64,000 nt of DNA from Raillietiella orientalis (lineage: Eukaryota), in the NCBI GenBank assembly GCA_036172245.1, contig JAYWIR010000049.1:1178001-1242000 (forward strand), read 5' to 3'. Positions 12,643-24,804 of this stretch are shown here, piece by piece. The position numbers and the translations under genes are program-made. The notes beneath the pieces are model-generated. The model saw only the letters and a program-made list of their open reading frames with translations, made no database searches and was not told the DNA's origin. The number at the start of each line of letters is the position of its first letter. Position 1 is the first letter of the stretch.

Positions 12643-13695
12643 TTATGCACCGCTACAATATTTGTTTACTGTTATGTCTGTAAGATATCCCACTGCACCA
12701 CCTAATGCGGCACCCCTGCAATTCCTGACAGTACAGCAGTTGCAATGACCCCGACAGCAGCAATCTCAGGTATAATCCCTATGGCAACTCGCGTGGCTCG
12801 TACAGCACCAAACGCTGAGCCTATTGTACATACTCGTGAAGAAATTTCTGAAGGTTGTATTCGCGAGAAATTATGTATTTTCTTGTTGGATATAGGCAGT
12901 TGCTTGTTGTTTTTTGTTGTTTGCCAAAATTATTGTTATTTCCATTGCCTGTAGATGTTGTTGGAGGTAAAGTTCTATTCCCTGAAGGCGTTTTTAGGCT
13001 ATCTACTAGTTGTATCTGTTTCGTAGGTGTTGGAGTAGTGGTTCTAGCGAGGTCAACAGACTCTTGAGCAGGTTGTTTAACACTGTCCAAAATATCATTA
13101 GCTTTATAATTTCTGTAATGCCAGCTTTTATCACTCGTAATGGTAACATTTTTATTCCTATCGAATGCAAATAACTGACCTTCGCAATATATTTTGTCAT
13201 ACATTTCGCCAAAATCAGGAGAAGAAGAACTTATATCAATAAGTTTTAATAGATTTAAGGTATTTTCAGTTTTTATTTTCCCTATTAACATATTTGCCAT
13301 ATGACTTTCTCCAAGAAAAGGTTCGTGAGCGTTAACCCTGCGAAGCGCTTCTTGGAAAGCCGGAAGTATGGCATTACCCTCTCTTGACACAGCAAGTATA
13401 GGTAAATCAAGTCTTGCAAGCCCATCTACATCCTTAAATAAATAGGCAAATAAATAACCCCTCCTTTTATCATTCTTACTTTGCCAATTTTCTTTCCTTC
13501 AATGGGCAAAGTATCAAAATCGAAAATTGCGAGTGGGTTGCCAACTCCTACTATTGGATCGGAATGAACTGATAAATGATATTTCATCAAATCTATTGCA
13601 TCACTGAGGTCCATTCTTGTTTTTACTCTTTCAGAACACATATCATTCCAATATTGTGATAATTTCCTGTGCATCCTTCCAAACTGCTGGAGCAA
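12643..13695 (-). pseudogene. Frameshifted bacterial-type hypothetical membrane protein, probably endosymbiont-derived
   Basis: ORFs 13426-13698 and 12821-13390 plus a shifted tail give a globular region, a T/P/N-rich linker and a G/A-rich hydrophobic C-terminus (IGSAFGAV..AIGIIPEIAAVGVIATAVLSGIAG), ending at TAA 12643-12645. The 5' end is missing. Confidence 0.6.
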
Positions 13696-13729
13696 CACGA
13701 GATCTTACGGGCTGGTGCTAGCCAACCGC

Positions 13730-15550
13730 ACCCAATTATCTACGGATCCCTGCCGCCAAGCATGAAAGTTCCAAGAGCAGATCTACTCGTTGGTTTCCAA
13801 CAAGGAGACTAGCTGCTTCAGGGGAAACTCCAAGAGCTGCAGAACGCATGATTCTTTCCCAGAATGCCAGATGTCCCTGGTGGGAAGAAATTTGTGCAGA
13901 GACCGCCAGAATCTTACTCCTGCCACTGAGGTGCACGAAGCTTCCTTCGTGGGGACAGAATGACGCTTCGTTTGCCGAGAGTGTGCTTGAGGCAGCAGAA
14001 AATGTCATGCGGTGGTGTAATTGGTTGATAAAGACAAAGACCGCGAAGACATTCGCGGTGGAGCAAACCACGCACACGTGAAGGTGAGTGGTTTGTAGCA
14101 AACTCTGGAGCTGACGTGGCAGTTCGCAACAGCGCCTCTAGTGGAGCACCAGGGTGGAGTCGATGCCCTCTAGGCAATCGGTGAGCTCATTGCTGAACAT
14201 AATGGGCGTTTGTTGAAGAATGCCTCAGAGCAGGTCTGAATCTCCAAAGAGGTTGTTGGCTCGAAAAAGCTGGCTCCTCCTGAAGAACTGCTCTCTTCCT
14301 AGAGAACGACCTAATTCATCGAGTACTGTCTCTGAAAAGCACAGGAGCTCTGGTCGTCATCTCTTTGGGCTGACCAGATCACCGAAACAACTTAGCAGCG
14401 AGCATCGAACAGAGGATTGGATCGCAAAATGAGCACTTGTGTTGACACCCGGTCACGCCGGGCGCTTCTTTATTAAAAATAAAACTTGGACGTCAGTGGC
14501 AAGATGCGTGATCCTGTCGAGCTACAAAAGAGGCGAGCCTTGCCGGCGCTCAGGCCGGCAAGGCTCGCCTCGGCAGCACAGGGGAAGGAGAGATAAATAA
14601 AAAGAAAAAAATAAAACGAAAAACATGCAGTCGAAAAATGGGGGTTCGGGAAGGGATCACTGTGTGCTGGAGAGTGGTCCTCTGCACCTTTGTAAGGATG
14701 CCAGCAAATTCCTGTTTAATGGTTCCCAGATGGGGACATCTTGACGCTATCCTCATGAAGAGGGCAGAAAAATGGATGGTGTCCCTATCGATCTGAACTC
14801 CTCGGCACGAGTCACTTGTGCAGAAGATGAGCAAGATGAGAAGAATCTATGAGCGAAAGACGTTTCACGCTGCGTGAACAATTCAGATGAGGGTTAAAGA
14901 GAGACCAGGGTGATGCAGTGGTGACCTGGAAACCAGGAAGGCTACTGTGAATGATTGGTGATTGGCAGCAGCGGAAGAGACTTTTCCGGTAACGCGCTTG
15001 AAACAAAATTTGCTCAAGTGCTTCAGGGGGAATTGGTCGCACTAAAAGTCGAATTCCCAAGTGAATTTTCATCAACAACGCTTGAAGGAAAAAGCCAGGA
15101 GAAGGGAGGCAATCACCAAAAACTGGCTCTCCACCTCGCTTTCGAGGAATGTTCGCTGCAGTAGGGGCAACTCCTGTATGGTGCCTGGAATTTCGGGACC
15201 GAAGAAACAGTGCAGCAGCGAGACAATCGAGAATTTCCAAGAGGCAGGAGGAGCACAAACGAAACCGAAAGGAGGGGTGTGCTCGAGCATGCAGTAACCG
15301 CTGACTTCCAAACACCGGACGAAACGGAGGAACTTTCGAATTCATGGGATGAGCGGCAGAGACAGAAGATGGTGGGCGCTCCCACCCTTTGCAATCTGCT
15401 TGCATCTTCCTTCGAACGCTGAGCGATCGACAAATTCGAAATGAAGAAGCTTGCACGAGAGCGAGTAATGCCAAGCTTTCTAGTCATGTGTAACGAACAC
15501 GAATTGAGCAGAAATGGAGCTTTGTATCACTTTGGTTTGGGGTTGGCGTA
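13730..15550 (-). mobile_element. Decayed Penelope-like element (GIY-YIG-like C-terminus)
   Basis: RGLLHRECLRGLCLYQ..LKH and LAVSAQISSHQGHLAFW echo the VYxIxCxxC..YIG and SAxAxH...H..W patterns of Penelope endonucleases. Very degraded. Confidence 0.35.
14530..14571. repeat. Perfect 18-bp GC-rich inverted repeat (6-nt loop)
   Basis: GAGGCGAGCCTTGCCGGC-GCTCAG-GCCGGCAAGGCTCGCCTC; the arms are exact reverse complements. Confidence 0.95.
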
Positions 15551-15649
15551 CCGGTTGATGAGTGTCAAAAGGATAACCGAGACTTTTTCATGAGAAGAGA
15601 AACATTTTTTCCTTCTCTTCTATCCATTTTCTTTTGGGCCCATTCCCAA

Positions 15650-17000
15650 AGCTGGTGACTCGCGGAAGATAACCGGCCGAAGCGTTGGGCTGGTGGACTT
15701 GGACGACATTTGAGCAACTCAGGATCCGCCTCAAAGACTTGGCGGCTCCGCGGTCGGGGTGCCGGCTTGGGTATCCTGATGCTGGATAGGATCGGGCTGC
15801 AAGTGCAGTTCCGCATGCTGGCACTTTGTTCCGCAAGCTTTGGACTACTCCGTGGTTTGCTCCCGCGGGCCTGCTGCTGCGGTGCCGCACTGGCAGCGAT
15901 GGACTGCTCTCGCTGCTGCCTCACTCCCAGTGCGCCAAGAGAGAGTTCGGCTTCACGCTGAAGGAGCCCGCCTCGCTCCTGGAAGCGCATTCGTGGATCT
16001 CCTGCCACCCGACGAACTTTAAAGCGTGGCGGCAGGAGACGGTATCGTCCTGGGCAACGCATCAGGAAGTACCCTTTGTGGAGCTTCGTTGCGTGAATCT
16101 CTCCCCTTACTGTCCGATAGAGGATGTGTTGGAGGACTAGGGCGAACAAGTGGGCTCGCCTGGCAAGGGGCAAGGGGCTGCCACGCCCCTTGCCGCAGCT
16201 CTGTCTGACCTAAGGGCAAGAGATGACAGTAGCCTACTGGCGCGGTGGTAGGTCGCCTGCACGATCGCAGGAGAAACTCCACCCATGGGCGGCTGGATGG
16301 TGAGCGAGCTGGCAGACACCGACACTCGTAGTTGTGCGAAGGGACCCTTCGGTGGAGAGAGCTCCAGAGTGTGCCCACCGAAGAACTAGTGGTCCCTCCT
16401 TCGTGCGTGGACACGACTGTGTTCCCACTTCGATGGAAACCGGACGCTTTTCTGCGGTTACATTGGGGTTTCCATTGCAATCAGCACGCAAACCTAGTTT
16501 CCGGGGCAGTTGCGTCCCCGAACTGTAGAAGGTACGGAGCAACGGAATAGTTCCCGCACCTGCTGTTTGACTGCGGTGCCCTTCGAGGACTGTGGCGGAG
16601 GCAGTCTTCAGCGCTCCTGCATCCGGGGGACACCGCAATGGACGTAATGCCCCGCTTCTTCACGGCCTCTCGCTAGGTGCGGTCATCGCAACCATCTTGC
16701 ATCCGCGCCATCGTCATGGCCCGCCACGCGAGAGTCGCGAGCGGCCCAAACAGAGGTCACCACGATTGCAGTCTCCAACATGAGGACGGCTGCCAGGTGG
16801 CCTCACATGAGCGAAGAAGGCAGGTGGAGGATCTCCGGCATTGTGCGCTGGTTCTGGGAACAAAGAACGGCTGAAGCCAAAGACCCCTGTCCCCTACCCC
16901 CCTCCTCCCCATATCTCATTGTATTTATTTATTGTCCCCTTCCTCCCGTTCCTGACTCTCAGTATGCCCGACCTGCATGTCGGGGAGCCCTCCCGTTGAA
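15650..17000 (+). mobile_element. L1/Tx1-like LINE 3' half, third copy of the same family, opposite orientation
   Basis: GAGLGILMLDRIGLQVQFRMLALC, CHPTNFKAWRQETVSSW, EELVVPPSC..FPLRW..FLRLHWGFH and CRRYGATE*FPHLLFDC each parallel segments of the 8.6-9.8 kb copy. Confidence 0.8.
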
Positions 17001-18196
17001 CTTCTGCTCCCTTTGCCTGGGGACTATATTTCCAGATGATTCCATTTCTAATAGGCGTTCCGGCGCAACCGGGTAAGAAACATTTGAGCAACGTGGAACG
17101 CAACATGGAAAGAGGGTCCACGACGATCTGTTCTCAATTTTGAGAAATCGGCCTTGTGCTGTTTCCGAAATTGTGAACCTCAGCCCATTTTCTTTTAGGA
17201 CCCACGCCTGGAATGGAGATGCGGACCTCTGCTGCGCTGAACAATTCGTGCAAACTGACGCAGTTGACGTCAGGAGAACCGAATTGTCTAGATAACGGGT
17301 AGAAGTGACTTTCACGTAAAGAACACGAGATGGGATTTTTAGATAGCAGGAAAAGCTCGTAATCGTCACTCTCCCATCCATAGAGCCTGGAAAGTTTGCA
17401 TTTTCTGGGAATGGAAACTGTTCGTTGACGTTTCACGTGGAATGCCGAAGGAATCGACATGTGCAACGGGAAAGGAAAATTTTCATTTTGAACAGCTGTC
17501 GGCATTCCCTTTGAACGGGAAGTGTTAAACTTGTATGAGTTCCGGGAGAACACAAGGGAGTATGTCTTTTGTTGCATTTTTATCGCAGTTCAAAACTCTC
17601 ATGCCATTCTGGCGCTCAGAAAGCTTTCAGCCTGAAATGACAGCCAGGATTCTCCGTGTTTTTTAAAACTGAATACATATGCCCGTTACTAGCTTCTCAC
17701 TGAACAACAGTTAGTGTACTAGAAGGTGAATGATGGAAAGAGGCATCAGCAATGAACATAATCGTAGCCTATGTATTGATACACCAATGTATTGATGAGT
17801 ACGGAGAATGAACACACACTTTTTGCTAGTAACATGTATATGAATTAATGTTAGCGCCACCAACAAACAGTGTATAAATACCATTGCTTGTACCCATTAG
17901 CAGTATCCATTTTTTTTTTTATATTGATTTTTTGTTCCAGGTTCAAAAATGCTTTGTGATATGACCACATTAATGCACTGGATCATTACTAATAAACCAC
18001 GCACTAATGCTTTGCTGTTGTACATTTACGGTTTTTTAACATTACTTTCATACTAACTGCTGCTAAAATACTGACTGAGAATGTCAACTGAAGCACCAAA
18101 AATTTTTCAACTACTGATTTCTTCCATTAAAAGATACTCATAAATGTGATCACTGAAAACTTTCAATCCATCACTCTCTCATCTCATTTCAGTCCT

Positions 18197-21100
18197 TTAG
18201 TTTATTTTCTTCCCAATACTTCGTGTAACTGTAGACATACCATCAACAAATTTGGTCCGAAACAGCACATTGGCATTGTTAAACATTCCTTCTTTCAATG
18301 ATACAATAATGAACTGGATATAAGAAATGAGACTAGTATGAACAGGAATTTTAGTGTACCTGAGAATGCCGAAAATGAGTCTTGATGATAGTTCCAATGT
18401 TCTGTGTGTGACTGAGATCCAATGCTGCATCTACTTCATCCAAAATATAGATAGGTGCTGGCTTGAAAAGTAGCATGGCCAAAATTAAAGATAGTGCAAC
18501 TAGTGATCGCTGACCTCCACTTAATTCAGTAAGTGAATCTTTCCATTTATTCCCAAATGCAATTTTGACCTGCAAATCACTGTAAAAATTTAGTTTTGTG
18601 TGTTTTCAGTACCTCAAGTCCATCAAGCACATTTCCTCCTGTAGGTGGTTGGAGTCTTGCCTGGGTTCCAGGCAATAATGCAGTAAAAATTGAACCAAAA
18701 TCTTTATTTACTTGATGGCAGGCTTGTTTAAGCACTTCATTTTTTTTGTCATCAATTTTCAGTATGAACTGTTCTATTTTTGCTTTATCATTCTCAACAA
18801 TTTTCTTACGTTTGATCAAATCATTGTACTAAAAAAAAGTACAGAGATATTTATTTGAAAATGAATTTTAAGTTACAACCCACTGAACATGCATCCTACC
18901 TGATCTTCTGCTTCAGTAAGAAGATTCATAGCTCTCATGTTGACATTTCTACTCAGTTTGGTTTTTGTTTCTTCCAAATCTTGGATACGATGAGCCATTC
19001 TTTTAGGATCTAAGGAGCTGAAATTATACATTGTGTTGGACTGGCCAAAATATTGCATTTCTTGAGATATCCATTCATGTTTATGGAGTAATGCTTGTAC
19101 TCTCTGCTCTGCATCATGCAGTTTTTCTTCAGCTTGTTGCACATGATGATTTAATTTCTTCATTTCCAGCTGAAGAGCATTCAGGTTGTTGGTGTGAGTT
19201 TGTTTTTGGAGAATTATAGCATCAATCTCACGGTTCTGTTGAGATAAAATTTTTTTATGTGCTTTAACTTCCTCGCTGATTTTATCCAGTTCTTGCTAAA
19301 GACAAATGTGTGAGTACTTCATATAAATGCGATCACAATGGAATATATTAAATAATAAGGTGCTCACACTGGCTTGATTCACTTCAGTTTCTAACTGTGC
19401 TTCTTTTTCTTTTAACATTAGGAACTCTTGCTCAGCTACTGAAATGCTCTCTTGGACCTTTTGGATGGCTTGATCCAAATCTTCACATTCTAACTTCAAA
19501 GTTTCTGCTTTCTGAAAAGCTACTCCTTAGGATACATGCAGGATAGAATATCAGATATGATTATCCTAAATTTTCTATTACATTTAAAATAATGATATGA
19601 TGATATTCTTTTAAAAAAACACGCACACACATATGAAACCCATTTTTCAAGTCATTACAAATGCATGAATAAGTACTTGTGAGGTGGACACCTGCTGTCA
19701 TCATACTTTGATTGGAATACTAATGTTGCATGAAAAAACTTAGAGCAAGCAAGCCTTATACAAAATCAATTAGCTATTGGACAGAAGAACTGCTATACAA
19801 TAAAACCAGAATGCTAATTTCGTTATATAAATAAAACTTTCTCCACATTAGGCCATACATTTCGATCTTATCAAGAGGTACTTCCTTGACAAGAAAAACT
19901 ACATTCCAAATTGTTTCTTTAACTTGGACTTTGTTATCCTGTTTCCAAAATCAAGGATTTCAGTTGCATTTTACCTAATTTTCAAAGATTCTAAAACATT
20001 AATAGATTCATTGTGCAATTTCCTTTCCTCTAATGAATAGGCCTCTCCATGGTTCTTGGACATTATCTCTGAGGGGATCTCCAATATACAATTCTCTCTA
20101 AAGCAACTAGACAATATAAATTTCGGCCAATAATGTAAGTGGAGAAAAACAATTGAAGTGCTGAATTGTAAACAAAAAAATTTCCAAAAATAATTTGCAA
20201 AGCACTAAAATTAATAATTAGGAAAAATTTTGGCAATGTTTTGGCAATAACAAAATTTACATAAAATTAAATGAATTAAGCACAATGAATTCTCATCTAT
20301 CTATATCACAACACATAATTTTCTCTATTTACCATACTTCCTTGAAAATGACTGCATGGTTACTTTAAAGGTGGAAATATATTAGAAATGTAGTTCTTAT
20401 AAAAACGCACAAAAGTATACACACATATCTAGTGAGGGCAAGTTCCAGAATTAATGCAGAATGCATCGTGAACGGAACTTTCATTGTTTACAATTGGATA
20501 TGGAAGAATTGAAAATGAGCTAATTCTCAGTGCAGTTTGAAGAAATATTTATTTTGAGGGCAATCTAGCAATTTTGAAGTACAAATCAATTTTACTTGAA
20601 GAAATAAAAAACTGCGAATCTCAACATCTATTCTATTAGGTAAGCAAGATAATAAAGCACTTACATAATAAAATAAATGTTAAGGGAATTTACTCCAGAA
20701 AAGAATACATGCTCCCCAAAGGTATGCATTTACAAAAAACGTTACTTTCATTCACATGCATCACTTTTGCATAAGTCATAGTTTCCCTTCAAAAATACTT
20801 ATTTGAGATGATTCACATTTACATCAGTCATCAAGTACCTATACCTGAAGAAATATGACTGCTAGCCTTTATTTTGTATAACTTCATGTTAGAAACATGT
20901 ATTTTAAGAGTTAAATACAGTTAAACTCCTTTAAGCAACTCCACAACACATAAAAGAGCCCAAATAGTGCTTGCTTTCGATTCCAAATTCATTCATTTTT
21001 TCAATATTTAGAACAGGGGGGATTATCATACCTGTGCCTTCTCTTTCCATTTTTTTCGTGAAATATCTGCCTGCATACGACACTGCTTTAATTCTTTTTC

Positions 21101-24100
21101 AGCTACTTTCATCTCTTCCTCTTTGAAGGTTTTACCATTCTCAAGCTTCCGTTCTAATTCCAAAACTGTTTTATTCTTCTCATGAACTGATTCCCTAGTT
21201 TCTTTAATATCTTTCTGTTGCTCTTCTACAGATGAAATTAAATTTATTCTACATGCCTTATTCATACCAATGCTTTGATAAAGAGCCTCTAGTTCTTGCT
21301 GTAAAATAGTATAAGGACTGTTATTAATTTTATTTTGGAAGAGATGTAATTGATGTTCTTTCAGTTCGATTTGCTTATGAATAGTCTCAAATTGTTCAGC
21401 TATTTTCCCCAAAGTTGCAAACTCTTGATGAAATGAAGATAATTTTTGTTTTTTATTTTTGAGTTCTTCATGGAAAGCATGTAATTTTTCTGTCTGAAGC
21501 AGAATCGAATTACTGTGACCTCTAAAACCTTCAAAAGAACTTTTTGTCATTTACATAGTTGAGCTATAGTTATTCTAACTAAACCTCCTGTTAAGGTCCC
21601 TGCAGGATCACACACATCTCCATCTAATGTGACGCATTTGAGGCCAATCCTCTCATTAAAAGTGATCTTCTTGGCTGTTTCCATATCTGAACAAACAAAT
21701 GCATGACCAAATACCCATTGCATCGCTGGATGTAGCTCATGACCATACTCAATCAATGATAATGCAGATTGGACTTTATCCTTTCCTACCTAGAGAAATA
21801 AAGAATGTCAAATAATACCAAATAGTATTAGATACCAGTTTCTGCGCCTCCAAAACAACACTTTCACTGATCGATTTTCCCCTTATTTTATTCAGAGGAA
21901 TCATGGTCACACGATGTGTTAGTTGGCCTTTTTGAATAATCAATTTGCTAGTGACTTCAGTATCCACTACAACATGGAACAGCTAAAATCCAATTATTCT
22001 CATGGCATGCAAAATCCTGTACTGTACTTTAGAACCAGCTACTACTTCCAAAGCTGTAGCATACTTAGGATCTTTAAGCCTGAACAAACGACAAAGTACT
22101 CCTTTGACTCTGCATGGATCAAAGTTTGCTTCAGGGAACTGGTAGTTAAATATCACCCAAGGAATGCTTCAATCTCGTCTTAATACATACCAGAATTATA
22201 CATCAGTATTCTTACCTCGTCTCCAAAGAATCACTTTTTTGCATCAAATACTTAATATCCTGTTTCAGTCCATTCATCTGCTCCTCTAGTCTCTCTAAAC
22301 TACCAACATTATATCCCAAAGACTTCTCTTCTTGCTGGAGCAGTTTCAAGGTTTCCTCCAAATTTTTCAAATGTAGTATGTCTTCTTGGTACAATGCTTC
22401 AATTTCTTTGATTTCTTTCTGTTTTTTGGTTGCTTCATCCTTGGCAGGTTTTAGCTTCATTTCCAGTAAATGAATGTAAGTCTCTTTTTCTGACATCTCC
22501 TGCTTTTTTGCTGTAAATTTATTCCATTCCAAACTCAGGATTACAATCAAGATAAGTACCAATTAATAACTCCTGTAATGTTTTCTCTTCTCCATTTTCA
22601 GATACATACAAACCTGAAGTAATGGCCTGAAAACGCTTTTGAGCAGTTAGCAGTGCCTGTTCATTCTGCTCATATTCCGATTTTAACGTTATAAATGAAT
22701 CCTTCCATTTTTCTTCTTCCAATTTTTTTTTTTCCAAGCTTCCTCTGTCCTAAACTGGAAATAAAAATCGGAAATACAGGTTTTCAAGCTTACATCAGTA
22801 AGACTTTTTTGCAGCTGCATTAAATTCTTCTCGGAACTACGAATATCATCTTTAAGTGATTTAAGTTTGGCGACAATTACGACTTCCGATAATTTTTTGC
22901 TTGATAACAGTTCCTCTAGTTCATGAAGCTTCTTGTGAGATTCATGATTACGCTGTTTTTCCAGTTCAGTAATTTGTTGATCGAATTCCTGAATTTTCTG
23001 CGTAATCATTGAAACTTCATCACTTTGATGAATATATTGCTCATTTAATTTACTGTGCTCCGCTCTTAACTTTTCAGAAGAGTCCTACAAATGGATAATT
23101 GGTTAACAATCATATTGACATCCAATACAGGAAATTCTTCATGATCAAATGGCACACAAAAAAATTCCATATAAGCATCTGTAACTTCAAGACAACAGAT
23201 GACCATACACATTTTGTTTACAACCCAAGCACATGAAAAAAAAACTTATACTAATGTGGGTGCTGCCATCAATAATTCACATGCACTTTTCAAAATGGAA
23301 AGCAGCCTTTAGATAATACATCGGAAAATTTGAAATCAATGTAGATCAAAACAAATTAAAATACACAGTGAATATGCTTACTTTTGCTTGAACAAACTCA
23401 TATGCTGTAAAAACTTTCAGCAAATGTTCCAGCTCTCTTTTGACATTTTGAAATTCTAAATATAGAGTTCGTTCTTCCTTAAGATGAACAATTGCTGGTG
23501 TTATTGTCTCTTTCAGAATCTATGAGCAATTGCTATTTGTAATAAAATCAATACTACTACCTCATCAATTTCTTGGAGCTTTGCATTTTTTTTATCAATG
23601 GTTTTCAGGGCATGCTGTTTTTTGCCTTCATACATACGGGTTCCTGCTGCTTCTTCAATCATACTCAGGATCTGCAATGTGCTAATGACAATGCTAGGTC
23701 ATTAATTTGATTTCTAACCTCTTGGGGTTTCATATTTAGAACTTTGGTAATACGCCCTTGCATTATTAGGAAATGTGGATTATTAACATTTAACTGTACA
23801 GTACGAAATAAATCTGCTACTTTATTGTTCTGTGCATTAGTTCCATTAATTAGGTATTTATTTTTACCTCCTGTAACAACCTAAAATTCAAAATTATGAA
23901 AGCAGTTTCATGAAATGTGAATGATGGCAAGAAACCAGTTTTTTTTTTTGCAATATAGAATTCTTATGAAATGCTCTAATCTGAAAATTAAATCTTTTGG
24001 GGAAAACGATCAAAGTAAAGCCACACTCCAATCAAATATAACAAACTGAAAGTTTTAAATCATATATTCTGTCTTTATTGGTAGAATATTTTTATTTCAC

Positions 24101-24804
24101 AAGAGTTGTACACGGTGTGACAAATGTGGAATAAAATTAAACCATAACAATATTATATGATTATTTATATCATAGTCACACCTGAAATGAAGATTTTAAA
24201 TTAGTTTGCAATGACATTTATTGATTCATCAACACCAGGGTATCAATGAAGTTTTTATGTTTTTAATATATTACAAAAGGCACTTTTCAGTGTACAAATT
24301 ATTTCAGAACATAGAAATTAACAAACTTGGAAATCCTTCTCTTATCATACTATGGGATATATGAAGAAGAAAATATATTCTTTATTGATGGCCAATACTT
24401 TACATAAAGATTACATCATTCCACCTTTCCCTTCCCCTCACCTGTCTTGTTACAGTAATTTCATCATAATTTTCGTATCCAAATGGGCATCTTTTCTTGT
24501 CTCTATTATCAAAAGTGATTGAGACTGTAGCTTTTGTAATACCTGCCTGACCATTTTTAAAAATCAGTTCTTGCAAACTATTTGCTCGAACCTAATTAAC
24601 ATCATAAAAAAAAAAATCTAGTGACAACTTACATACCTGACTCAGGTTAGTTATTCCAAGAAGGAAACAAATGGCATCTAAAATATTAGATTTACCGCTA
24701 CCGTTCAAACCAGTAATTGCGTTAAACTGAGGGTCAAAACCACTGATCTCTGTTCTTTGACCATAAGATTTAAATCCATCAACTACCATAGATTTTACGT
24801 ACAT
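18197..24804 (-). CDS. SMC2: Structural maintenance of chromosomes protein 2 (condensin subunit), about 18 exons
   Basis: N-terminus [36 protein letters not shown] (Walker A); hinge [17 protein letters not shown]; signature [13 protein letters not shown]; Walker [15 protein letters not shown] introns, e.g. 24592-24636 and 18314-18359. Confidence 0.97.

Larger units (their letters stand above)
11078..13695. other. Nuclear insertion of Wolbachia-type endosymbiont DNA (nuwt 1), mosaic of at least two bacterial loci
   Basis: Abrupt drop in GC, intronless bacterial-type genes with frameshifts, a recognisable Wolbachia-like ppdK, and eukaryotic retroelements on both flanks. Confidence 0.85.

Noticed and set aside
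14530..14571. Rho-independent terminator
   Set aside because: It lies outside the bacterial insert, in eukaryotic transposon context, with no bacterial gene ending next to it.
19550..19710. Intronic C/D snoRNA in the long SMC2 intron
   Set aside because: A C-box-like ATGATGA is present on the sense strand, but I found no convincing terminal stem or suitably placed D box.
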